Part shown: positions 52,540-64,000 of the stretch, in pieces
Numbering within the stretch: the stretch's first letter is position 1
Layout of the letters: the number at the start of each line of letters is the position of its first letter
Assembly (NCBI GenBank): GCA_051362555.1
Contig: CM120649.1
Span: 620,001 to 684,000, forward strand
DNA length: 64,000 nt
Origin: Lingula anatina
Lineage: Eukaryota; Animalia; Brachiopoda
Reading direction: 5' to 3'
The notes under the pieces: generated by a model
Told to the model about the DNA's origin: nothing
Database searches by the model: none
What the model saw: the letters and a program-made list of their open reading frames with translations, nothing else
Translations under genes and position numbers: made by a program

Positions 52540-54830
52540 TTTGTCGAAAATTATGCTGTTTTTGTTTCTCTTTTTTCAACATAAATACCATACATATAAC
52601 ACATTTTTAGCGGAAAAGCCATTGATCTGTCTTCAATCTTTCAGGCATGATCAATATCATCAATATTCCTACAACACAGGTCGAGTTCCAAAACCAGTGC
52701 AGCCCCTGATCGGATTATTTTGTCTAGAATCATGATTTTTTTTAGAAATGAAACTCGAGTCGGAAAGTCCATCTGATTTGATTCTTTTTCTGGGAGTTAT
52801 GTCTTTTTTGTCGAATTTTTATTTTCTCATCATGGCATTTTCATTGAGGACTTAAAACTCCCACTGGCATTATTCTGTTTGGTAGTTATCATTTCTGAAT
52901 GTGCGTGAAAAAATTCATAGAATAAATTCTCACAAAATTAAAAGAGAAGTCTCATCTTGACTCCGTTTTCTCTTTTCTTTCAATGCTTTTAGCCTCGTTC
53001 TTCACTTAGGTTTTTATAATATTTGATATGCCTTTTACTGCTGTAGCTACAGTCACAACCGCATTGGTTGGCGTTAATCGAATATTTATGATGACATATA
53101 CGTTGCGTAATACGTGTACAAACAACAGTTGAAGGGAGTACAGTTGTAAGAACAAAAATGATTGTATCAAACTTAGTTTATGGTTTATTGTATCAGATAT
53201 GCTGAGCAAGCACATCTATCACATTTCTTTAATAAAAGGACCTCATTAGCATAAGTGAACAGTCCTAGTTGTCACACCCAGGAGAGTGTGGGTCAGTGAG
53301 GTGTGTGCTGCAGAGGAGTGCAGAGGTGCAGAAATGCAGTGGCATTATTTATGTATCTATCCAGTAGAGGCATAATGCTACATGGCTGTTTCAAGCTGAG
53401 ACTATTTCAAATAAATTTCAATTAAATGAATATGCCCGTTGTCATTTGCCTCGTTTTTCTGTTGCCCCCGCGAGCTACAACAGTAAAATCTCTGTTCAGC
53501 TATTCGAGTTTTTTCCGTTAAGTTATCATATTCAAAACGTATCCAGAGGACGATTGTTAAGCCAAAATACACATTTCACAAATTATCCCGGGGTAAACGG
53601 CACTCCCCCTCCCCATCCCCGCTTTGCCAACTTTAAACATTATTTATGATTCCTCTCTAAGTATAAAAACCCTCGCATAAGAGTTTTTTTAATACACCAT
53701 TCATTTGCGTACAAGATATTGCGAGACTCTCGCGCCGTGACTCGCGCTCTTTTCTAACTTTGACAAGATGGTTGACTACCTAGTTGGACAAGGGCCGGTG
53801 ATTTTTTTTTGTTTCTTTGTGAAACCAATTAATACCATTTATCTGTCCTTTTTTAATTTTTAAATTGCCGTCAGATAAGTTCAACAAGAGGCGTTCTAAA
53901 TCCAAATTGTGTGGCTGTTACGAGGGGATGGCGTTTTCTCACTGTGCTTACAGTGCGTGGTAAATTCCGTATGGCAGAGATTAGGGTGGACTGCCGAATG
54001 ACATAAATGATGGTTCTAGAAATGGAAGTCCTGGGCCCCATATGATACCTGTAAGTACAGCTTGGTGTTAGCCGGAGTATAAGGATAAGTATATGGGACG
54101 ATTATCAACCTTACAAGTAATGGGGAAGGGACTGAAATGGCTGTTTTTTCAACAGCCATTAGATATTTGCATATTTTATTCAGAGACCCTTTTAAGAAGA
54201 GGCGTGACCTTTAAGGTTATTCTCCATTTGACCGTTTTTGAAGATAAAATTAAAAAAATAAAACATGTTGAAAATAATAAAAAAAGATGTTGAAAAGTGT
54301 CATTAAGAGTGTGATATCAAAAGCGTTGCAGAATGTATTTTGTCAGTGGCTTGTGAAATGAATTGATACCTTTATTGTAAGCAGAAGGAATATTAGCTGA
54401 AAATGTATCAGTCTATTTCGCTATACAAAGGTGTTTTTACCCTGACTGCCAGGGTATATGTCTCTAATGTAGATTTTCATCACACCTAACATGGGTTAAA
54501 TCTGTTGATGCCCCCCCCCCCTTTTTAATACCCCTACAGGGGCGGATCCAGAAATATTTCCTGGCAGTCTTTCGTATTATATTTGGTTATCCATCTTCCA
54601 TTTTTGGCCGTCTTCCGACAGAAAAAATTAGATACCCTTTAATGTAAACTTGAAAATCTGACCGTCTTCCGGAAGACCCAGAAGACGGCCTAAATCCGCC
54701 CCTGCCCCCCATTTTAATACATTTGACTCGTGTTATCGTGACCACGCACATAGAAAGAATATCAAATGTACAACCTTAAAACTGTCTTGACTAGGACGCA
54801 GGTAATTCCTTCTGCTTTCTAGGCAACGTT
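52540..54830 (-). pseudogene. Ghost sulfotransferase repeat unit with the whole coding region deleted
   Basis: 52540-52948 matches the copy-5 3' flank (49320-49732) and joins directly to agtctcatc (the ATG region of exon 1) at ~52949-52955, followed by a copy of the upstream module. Confidence 0.8.
54537..54704. mobile_element. MITE family B copy
   Basis: TIR CAGGGGCGGAT...ATCCGCCCCTG; absent from the paralogous sites at ~52415 and ~48710. Confidence 0.75.
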
Positions 54831-55461
54831 AGCCAACGTTGGGCTTAACCTGCTTGTATTTAATAATATTGACATAAAATGTTTCTTTTTTTGGTACCGA
54901 CACCAGAATTCTTAGTCTGCAGCCGACGAACAGACGACGAACATACAAAGCAGAACTGATGGATGTTTGAAAAATACAGATTGAATTAAAAATCAACTTG
55001 ATTGGACCGTTTTTCCGAAAGTTATGCTGTATTTATGTCTCTTTTTTCAACAAATTCCATTCATTTACGTAACACATTCAGCGGATATGCAATTGATCTA
55101 TCGCCTTCAAACATTCAGGAATGGTCAAAATTACTCAAACACAGGTCGAGTTCTAAAACCAGCTCCTGGTCGAATAATTGTGTCGAGAAGTTATGTTTTT
55201 TTTTTTTTTTTTTTTTTTTTTTTGTGAAATGCAGCTTGAGTCGGAAAACCAGTATGATTTGATTCTTTTTCTGGAAGTTATGCAGTGTTTTTTTGTAAAA
55301 TTTTCTCTTTTCACATCATCACATTATCAGTGTAGGACTAAGAACCCCTACTGGCATGTTGCTGTTTGGTAGTTTTATCTTTTTAATATCCGTGAAAAAA
55401 ATCATAGAATAAATTCTTACTAAATTATAATTGATGTTTTGAGAGCTGTTTCCAAATATAA

Positions 55462-58400
55462 TCAATCCATTTTTGTCAGATCGTATCCGAACAGCTGTGC
55501 ATCCGTTCTAAAAACCTCCAGCAACCTGCGTAGATCTGCTTCCTCCACCTCAGCGTAGCTCTCTTTCATTTTTTGTGCCGTGTCGCCGTGAACACTGTGA
55601 CGAGAAGCAGTATCGTTCATGGATTCCAGAGATGGAAAGGTGAAGTTTGCACCGATTAATTTCAAGAAGTTTGAGGCGTCTTCTTCTTCTTCTAAATGGC
55701 CAATGACATCATATTGAACAGAACAAGGGTCGCAAAGCTGGAAGTATTCTGCCCAATGGTCGTCTCCCAATCTTTTCTCTCGAGTAAGGATCCCTTTACT
55801 GGGGTCATAGATCTTTATGATAAACCTAACAAAACTCTTTAAGGAAACGGTACCACCATTTTGTTTTTTAAGCATTTTGAAAAGATTGACTGACACTGTA
55901 TTTCCTTCTGCCAGCATTCTGTAGGCTGATAAGAGTCGGGCTAACGGATGTCGTACAAATACCACTTTGAGATAGTCCCTAAGAATTACTTCTTTTTTCT
56001 TATAATTGAGATATTTAAAGTGAGTAATAGCGCGGTAGAATCTTGTTGACTGCTTTTGTACTTCAAACAAAGTTGTTGATGGTGCAAGTTTTCCAGCCAG
56101 ACGAAGAAATACAAAGCGCCAATTCATTATTGCAACCTTTGGAATACCACAGAATAGTATTTTGTTTTCTTCATCCACATATGCATACCTTAACTTGTAT
56201 ATTCCTGTGGCAAATGGAGGCGTTGGTGTTGATTTCGAACCAGAATCATGTGTTAGTCTGTGACACTGTGTCATTACGTCGTGTTTTCTGCGGCTCATTT
56301 TTTCTAGCCATGTTTTAGGCACAGCGTTCCATTTAAGTAAATTGAAACGGTATGCGAGCTCGTGTGGTGAATCGGGAACGTTACTGGTATGCTGATGAAC
56401 TCCAGGCTCCCATTTACCGTACACCCTAGAAAGACAAGTACTATTGGTAATATTAGAATATATTCTCCCCTAGCAAATAAAGTGTTACCCCTGATGCAAT
56501 GGGTACAGTGATACAGAAAGTCAAGTCATGAAACAATGATTTTATTCAACTACTAAAAATGATTTATGAGTGCGTGTTTGTGTATGTGTTTGTGTGTGTG
56601 TACGTTTGGACTTACTTGTATGCAGTAGTATTGAAAAGAAAGATATCCTTGTAGTCAAATGTACCCAGTGCTTGCTAAAATAAGCTGCTGGTTCGATACA
56701 CTCTATGATTATTTTAAGAACACGACGACTGGTGGAATAGATTGTGACATACGTGAAGTAGACCCCAATGTAGGCTTATACACCGAGACAGTGTTCAATG
56801 AATTAGATAGTCCCGTGAGTGACGGTGAGATCATTGGCGCAATTAAAAAATTAAAAGCTAACAAGAGCTGTGCCGAGGACTGTATGATAAATGAATTTTT
56901 TGTACACTGTAAATATGCTTTACTTCCGGCGTTAAGAACTTTGTTTAATTCTGTACTCGATTCGGGGCACTTTCCAGAGAATTGGTGTAAGGGTTGTATC
57001 ATACCTTTACATAAAAATTGAAATGGTGACGGTCCTTGTAATTATCGGGGAATTACGATAACTAGTTGTTTAGGCAAGCTGTTTACTTCCATACTTAATA
57101 AAAGGCTAGAAGCTTGGGATGAGGATAACAGTGTTACACAATTTGGATTTAAAGCGGGGCATAGTACCGTAGATGCTATCTTTGTGCTAAAGCACGTGAT
57201 AAATCGTACTTTAAGGAGTAAGAAGCGACTATATTGTGCATTTGTGGATTATAAATCAGCTTTCTATTCCATCGATAGGCCAAGTTTATGGAAGACATTA
57301 AATAAACTCGGTGTTCAAGGCAAATTGCTCCGAATTGTAAAAAGTCTTTACAGCAATGTAAAGGCAAGTGTTAAGTTTAAAGGTCAGCTATCTGAATATT
57401 TCCAAATACACACCGGTCTATTACAAGGAGAGGTAATGTCCCCGCTACTTTACTCTTTGTATGTAAATGATTTTGAAACTTTTTGCTTATCGGAAAATTG
57501 TAAAAGTATTGACATACGGGACATAAATCTTTTCTTACTTATGTATGCTGATGATACGGTACTTTTATCGGAAACTCCTCAAGGACTACAAAAACTTTCA
57601 GATACCCTGAAATTATACTCTCAAAAGTGGAAATAAACGGTTAATACAGCAAAAACAAAAACAACGGTCTTCAGAAATGGGGGTAAGTTAAGGGCTGAAG
57701 AGACATGGAAATATAACGATGTTGTCTTAGAAAGGGTGAATCAGTTTAGTTATCTCGGTTTTTTTTAAATTTTAATGGTAAGTTTTGTCAAACTCAAAAA
57801 CATACAGCAGAACGGGGTAAAAAGCATTATTTGCTATTAGCAGCATGTTAAAAACCATAACTTTAATGTGTCCACCCGGTGTGCAGTATTTGATACGTAC
57901 GTTGGTAGTATTTTAAATTATGCATCAGAAATATGGGGATTCAATAAGGCAAATGTTATAAGAAAAGTACATACCGATTTTTTTTAAAATAATGCTGGGT
58001 GTTAAAAGAAGCACTAGTAATAACTTAGTATATTATGAAACCGGGCGATATTCACTTATTTTAGGTAGAAAACTAAGAATATTTAAATATTGGCTGAAAT
58101 CCGCTCTTCAAAAAACTGTATTATACAAACATGCTATAAAGATATCCTTAACAATAATTTCGAGTGGATAAATTGTATACGGAATGACCTTGAATTAATG
58201 GGTCTGTCATTTACTTTTTATGAAAACATGTCGGATGCTTGTTTACTGCCCTTGATAGAACAAAGATTGAAGGATCATTTTAGACAAGGAGAAATATTCA
58301 CAGCGGGTAAAGGGCTTCTGTATCAACACCTTGTTGATAGTTTCACAGTGCAATTTTACTTGAATAAGCCAATTTCACAGAAAAATAAGGAATTTATCGC

Positions 58401-58700
58401 AACATTTAGGCTTTCATCACATAATCTAGCTGTAGAGACTGGCCGGAACACAGACACAAATAAGAAATTAAGAATCTGTTAGTTATGCAATTTAAACGAT
58501 GTAGAGGATGAATTTCATTGTATCCTTAAATGCCCTCACTACAACACGATTAGGCAGAAATATATTAAGAAATTTTATTATACAAAGCCAAGTGTCTTTA
58601 AATTAATTAAATTACTATCACTAACAATGTATCACAATTAAACAACTTGGGAAAATACCTGAAATGTGCATCGGAACTAAGATTAATGTCAATCTGATGA

Positions 58701-58733
<33 letters not shown>

Positions 58734-59419
58734 GTTTGTATCAGTAGTAGTTGCTGTAGTCATGGTAGTTGATTAGATATAACTTTATATTGTCACTGTT
58801 TTATATTCTGATGAGCCGTAGGGCTCAAAGGTTTAATAGATTGAATTGAATGTGGAGCTTGTCCTATAGATCTAAGATGCTGGACTAAACATCCTATGCG
58901 TGGGCCTTGCCAACCGATGAAAGTTGATTTGGGAAACTGTCAGCTTTTGATATGATCTAAACCACTCCCAGCCTCCGGACAACTTGTCAGCAAAGTTAGT
59001 AAGGGCCCCTTTACACTGGACGGCGTCCTTTCTGCGTCCAGCAGTACGGACCCATTTGAGAGTTAAAAAATTATAATACTTTTCGTGCCGACAACTGGCT
59101 GATCATTGAGCATTCATTCTGATACAAAATCAATGCTCGTGTCTCCTTATTAGGACCACAGCGATGCCAAATTCCATGGTCGCATAAAGGACGCAGAAAG
59201 GACGCCGTCCAGTGTAAAGGGGGTATAAGGAAGACTCAAACAGCCTTTGATATAATCTAAACCACTCGCGGCGACCATGGTCTCATGACATGTAGTGTCA
59301 CCCAGGTTAGTAAGGAAGTCAATGTAGACCGTCACAGACAAAGAAAGAAGGTTGGAAATCTTGAAAAAATTTGACGGTCTTAGTGTGATAGAAAGAAATA
59401 GATGCCCGTCAACGTAACC

Positions 59420-59452
<33 letters not shown>

Positions 59453-60192
59453 TGTGTGTGTGTGTTTGTGTGTGTGAATCTGGGTGTGTGTTTGTAAGAT
59501 ACAATTGGGAGTTTTTGTTTTACAATTGGGAGATTTTGTTGATAAGATATTGACCTAGTCAGTCTCCACCACCAGCAAAAGCGTTCTACTTTTGTGGTTA
59601 TGTATTTTTGCAAGTGTCGCCGATTCTTCTCGTAAAGCCATTTTTCAACATTGATCTTCAAATATATAAATTAATGATGTACAAATAGATATTTGTTTTT
59701 ACAAAGAATGCCATAAAATCTTTCATATAAGGTTTCGTCTGACCACACTCCACTGAATAAGACTGCTCCCTACTTATGAAAGGTACTGTCCTATATTCTT
59801 TAAAGGCGGGGGGAGGGGGGGGGGTAGGTCAGTGTTTTAATATACATTTTCACCACAGTATAGCTTAAGACAGCTGAACTCCTCCTTGCCATAGTTTGAT
59901 GTGTTTGTCTAGTTTTCTTTTGTACAAGCACATGGGAAGAATGTTACCTCCATAGCAAGAAGATCTATTATGTGACTATTCTATTATGTGGCTAATAATT
60001 TTACTTAATATGAAAATAACAAGTTAGCCAACGTTACGACTGCCCTGCTTGTAATAAAATTTACATCACAATTTAACCTTTTTCATTACACTCTACTTAC
60101 CATGACCAGTCTTTGGGTCTTTGTGTACTCAGAATATAAACAACTAATAAGCAAGCCATTAATATGCTAAATTGCAGTCGCAGTAGTCTCAT
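55462..60192 (-). CDS. CHST11-like sulfotransferase, copy 6; exons 60192-60101 and 56425-55462
   Basis: Exon 1 MRLLRLQFSILMACLLVVYILSTQRPKDWS ends in phase 2 and exon 2 is intact. The intron contains a LINE and a MITE. Confidence 0.83.
56680..58850 (+). mobile_element. 5'-truncated, decayed non-LTR retrotransposon (RTE-X-like), antisense within the copy-6 intron
   Basis: RT motifs FPENWCKGCIIPLHK, NYRGITI.SCLGKLFT, QFGF, AFVDYKSAF, GLLQGEVMSPLL, LLMYADD (~57535-57555), and C-terminal RLSSHNLAVETGR..C..C..VEDEFH.ILKCP. Several stops and frameshifts; ends in (ttgaa)n. Confidence 0.9.
59003..59225. mobile_element. PIF/Harbinger-type MITE, family C
   Basis: ~35-bp TIR CCCCTTTACACTGGACGGCGTCCTTTCTGCGTCC / GGACGCAGAAAGGACGCCGTCCAGTGTAAAGGGG, flanked by TAA. 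Confidence 0.8.
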
Positions 60193-60557
60193 CTCGACTC
60201 CGTTTTCTCCTTTCTTTCAATGCAGCATGTCTTCAACCTGAAGTCAAGGGGTGAAGGTCGACCTCGCAATCCGAGGCTGTCAATGACTATAACCCCCCCC
60301 CCCCTCTTAAAAAATCTAGATCCGCCCCTTACGTCTTATCAGGGTATGCTTCGAACTGGATGTCCAACAATACTCTTATTTAGGAAGGGGGCAATGTAAA
60401 ATCTAGATTAATCTCTGATCAGCTATTCGAAATTAGTCCGTTTAGTAATTATATTTATTAAAATTTTAAAAGTACACAAAGGAGTATTTTTGCGACAAAA
60501 ACTCAAATTTAACAAATTATCCCGGGGTGAACTGTATTTTCCCCCGGTTTACCAAAC

Positions 60558-60608
<51 letters not shown>

Positions 60609-61343
60609 TATAAACTTTATTTAAAGAGGGTAAAAAAGTTTTAACAAGTGCACACACTTATCTTACACATAGCCCAATGGGTGGTTAAAATGAAATATTT
60701 TGTTAATGAATAAAATATGAGGTAAAAATGAAATAAGTTAGAAAAACAAAGGTAATAAAAATAAAACGTTATGCTTCCCTTCCTGACACTCGTTAGAAGT
60801 CGGTAACTAGTCTGGAAGAAGTCCAGTAAGAAAACCCGCGCACAAGAGGAGGTTTGCCAAATACACCATTTATTCGCGTACATGTACATGTACTAGACTT
60901 TAAGATATCGCGAGACTCTCGCGCCGTGACTCACGCTCTTTTTAAACTTTGACAGGTTGGCTGACTACCGAAGGTGACAGGGGAAGGTGAATGTGATATT
61001 TTTTTGCTATATTGATGAAGGACATTCAACTGTCCATTTATGTTTTAAAAGTTTGACATGTCCTCGGGTAAGCTAAACAAAATGCTATTCGTGCTTTCAG
61101 AATGCGCTCAAAAACCTGGCTTGAATTCCTTCAATATAATTAAAAACAATTAACATTTGGTGCTGTTACAAAGCAAAACTTAAAACCCACAGAACCATTC
61201 AAGGACATTATATTCATGAAACAATCGACACCCTTCAATACCGGACGTGTCGGGCTACATGTACCCAATATTATCTCATCCTAATGCAGTGACAGCAGCG
61301 CCGAGCAGGGCGCCAGAACGTCGCTCACAAAGCAACTTTTTAA

Positions 61344-61566
61344 GTGTATTCCCAGAGATTTAGATCGATCCGGAGTTTTAGATTTAGATCGACCTAACGC
61401 CCTGGGGGTCCAGGCTAAATTACAGTCAGCCGAGCGCGCACCATAGTAAATTACCCCCTTGCAGCTTTTAGTAAGCGGGACAGACGCTTAAGCCGGCTAA
61501 ACTGACAGTAATCTAGTGAGACTCCCCACAGGGATTGATCGATCTAAAATCTATGGGAATGGGGTC
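61344..61566. mobile_element. PIF/Harbinger-type MITE, family A copy 4 (reverse orientation of copy 3)
   Basis: GTGTATTCCCAGAG...CTATGGGAATGGGGTC; interior homologous to the other copies. Confidence 0.75.
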
Positions 61567-62207
61567 TTTCACGAGCTTCTAGGGGAAACAGCCCCCAAGG
61601 GGGGGGGCGCTGTACGGCCTTACTACATTGGAATCGACACATGGAATTAAATCTCATCACACAAAAGGAAGAGGCAACCTTCTTAACACGAGGGCTAAAG
61701 ATTCTGCAAAACAACTGCAGCAGAACAGGGCATACTTGTGTACGAGCATTAATACGCTGCATTTATTAATATTGAACGCCTGCCACATACTTGGCAAAAA
61801 TGAATGTGATCCCACCACAAATGTCTGCTGCAACGCGACTCCTGTGTATTCATTAAGCCCTATCTGTTTTAACAAATTAAAATTTGTTACCGAATTGATA
61901 ACATGAAAACATTATTAAAATGCACATTTTATTCGAATACATACAAAGCACAGTCTCTTCTTACAAAAGCATATTTCTGAAAAATGTTCCGAAGATTGGA
62001 ACGCCTGTCATGACCCACAGTACATGTAGTACGTCGGGGATAAAAATGTTCACAACGAAATGTTTGCCTGCCACGAAATGGTGACAAAACTGTCATAGTC
62101 TTCCATTCTCCCTTTGCCGGAAAACCATCATCAATCAATCAATGTCTCACATCATCTGTCAGATTGCAGTGCAAGTGTATTTCTGAATATCAACTTAATC
62201 ATTGTCT

Positions 62208-63451
62208 TTACATGACAGATGTACGTGTAATAAACACAATTATTACAACCTGCCAAAGAAATCTGCATCCCGAGGCGGAAGATGCCGGCGGAGCAACGTC
62301 TTCTTTGCCAGGGGACACGGTAGAATCGAACGACACAGAAGTGCTTTTCTTCAAGATGCTCACGTTAAAAATGATACCGCTATTATTTACTCGAGGGTAT
62401 GAATGGCGAAGAAAAGCCTCGATTTCATCATTTAAATCCTGGAACAATCGTTTGGCGTCGCTGATGTGTTTAACTTGTCTTTGCAGTCGTAGCGCTGCAG
62501 TATTGGTGACGAAAGCCTTCTCGTGGTCTGGGAGGGTGCATTTACTTTTCACGTGATCAATCGTCCAAGCGCCGTAAGGAGAAAAATGAGAAATATCTTT
62601 CTCAAAAAAAAGCCACTCATACATAATGCAAAGAGACGAATATCTGGAAAGGTGCACCATTTGTCGGTTGGGAACGAATTTGAAAGTTAGAGGGAACGGG
62701 ATATTTCGTATATCTTGAATGGGAGGCAAGCAGAACGATTGTTCTTCGGAGCATCCAGCGACTCGTTTACATTTGTTCTGAAAAGAATGTGAAATATTTA
62801 ATAGAAGTAAAATGTCTAGCGCGATTATCGTGTAGAAGTATGCCGAAATACACTCTGATAATTGCTCTTTTCAGTTCAAACAATTTTGAAAACAAAAATT
62901 ATGTATTTATAAATAATTTAAAGATATGGTATACTTAAGGTAAACAGAACTGAAAAAGTGCTCTTCTTGTTAATTTCTTGAAATCAATGGCTTGAGTTTT
63001 AGTGCCAAACGCGGCTTGCCCATTCTATTTTAAATACCAATTCTGACCTCCGGTGGCGCTGGATTAAAATGCCCCGTGCCTATGAACTTCTTACAGACCC
63101 TTCTTAGACACCACAAAAACACATAAATAACCTAATTACTTAATAAATAACCAATCTAATAAGGATCCTATACCATACAGGCCAATGTGGTCGGAGTCCC
63201 ATAAGACATGCACAGTTCACAGTACGTGTAGTTTCTGGTTGCCAGTTTCGATTTTGAAAAAAAAAAATGGAAACTAGGCACTAAATTTCGATTTCACACA
63301 TGCAATAAGTGTGAGACGGATGTTTTAAGCCCGCTAGGAAAAAAATCATTAATGCTTACGTCATCCTCGTTGTCCTTGCAACGTGATTCCCTTTGAAAGT
63401 CTATCAATGCGGAAAAAATATACGGTTCAAACACTCTCTTCCTCTTGTCAT
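62208..63451 (-). CDS. 3' exons (63451-63360, 62777-62208) of an unknown Cys-containing protein with a GPI-signal-like C-terminus; 5' exons not resolved
   Basis: tttcag acceptors at 63452 and 62778, GTAAGC donor at 63359, phases compatible (DDKRKRVFEPYIFSALIDFQRESRCKDNEDD|NKCKRVAGCSEEQSFCLPPIQ...). Ends SSASGCRFLWQVVIIVFITRTSVM*. Confidence 0.55.
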
Positions 63452-64000
63452 CTGAAAAAAAAAGATTATCCATTTAATTTTAAGCCAAGGTTACATTTGC
63501 CATGCGATGGCCGTACGGTGCACACATACAACCCGTTGGCGTCTGAGCAGAGGCAGACGGTAGCCGTCCGAAATAGTACGGAATAAGGGCCCCTGTTGCC
63601 TCTAGGGTTTTGTCAAGCTAAAAAGATTTAACAAATTCCGAAAGCCGTAAGCTCGTATGCAGTTCCTGCAGGGGCATTGTTTAATGGAGTTGCGTTCGTT
63701 ATGATGTTGCTTGTACCTGGACCATTCGTTCCCTCTGACGGTTTAAGGAGGCATAGATATGTTAAAATATGTTTAAATATGCATAAAATCGTAGTATATT
63801 TCTCTTACACGAATTTATTTTTCTGCCTTTCATAATTCTGACCACATGAGTGCTAAAATCGTAGAATCAACTCCGACAACGTATCGATCCTCAAAGAAGA
63901 AAAGCCTCACGGAAGGCGTACGGCAACTATGCTGAGACTGTAGGATATTTATTCAACCGACAAATCAAATTTTCCTTACATGACTTCAAGTTAGCACAAT

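Noticed and set aside
33368-56318. Recurrent plus-strand ORFs inside the sulfotransferase genes (e.g. 34143..34352, 36978..37187, 44093..44308, 56043..56318)
   Set aside because: Their recurrence follows from duplication of the sense gene; there is no independent coding signal.

Overview
AT-rich animal genomic DNA with spliceosomal introns, probably a marine invertebrate (inferred from repeat and gene content, not determined). In order: (1) the last exon of a MED4-like gene; (2) a ~14 kb decayed, internally duplicated mobile-element patchwork (1.4-15 kb) with a LINE remnant, Mutator (MULE) transposase fragments amplified as a 207-bp tandem repeat, an inserted EnSpm/CMC end, two broken copies of an OB-fold-like ORF and several small orphan ORFs; (3) a 12-exon minus-strand NWD1/NWD2-like STAND gene (DUF4062-like + NACHT + short degenerate WD40), 16896-27310; (4) a tandem array of six apparently intact two-exon CHST11-like (Sulfotransfer_2) Golgi sulfotransferase genes (30.3-60.2 kb) that share an altered PAPS-binding motif, plus two gene-less ghost units, interspersed with LINEs, MITEs, a Helitron-type element and a 2.1 kb long-TIR element; (5) the 3' exons of an unknown, possibly GPI-anchored protein. 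No rRNA, tRNA or CRISPR array was recognised. All calls come from reading the sequence by eye, with no database searches.
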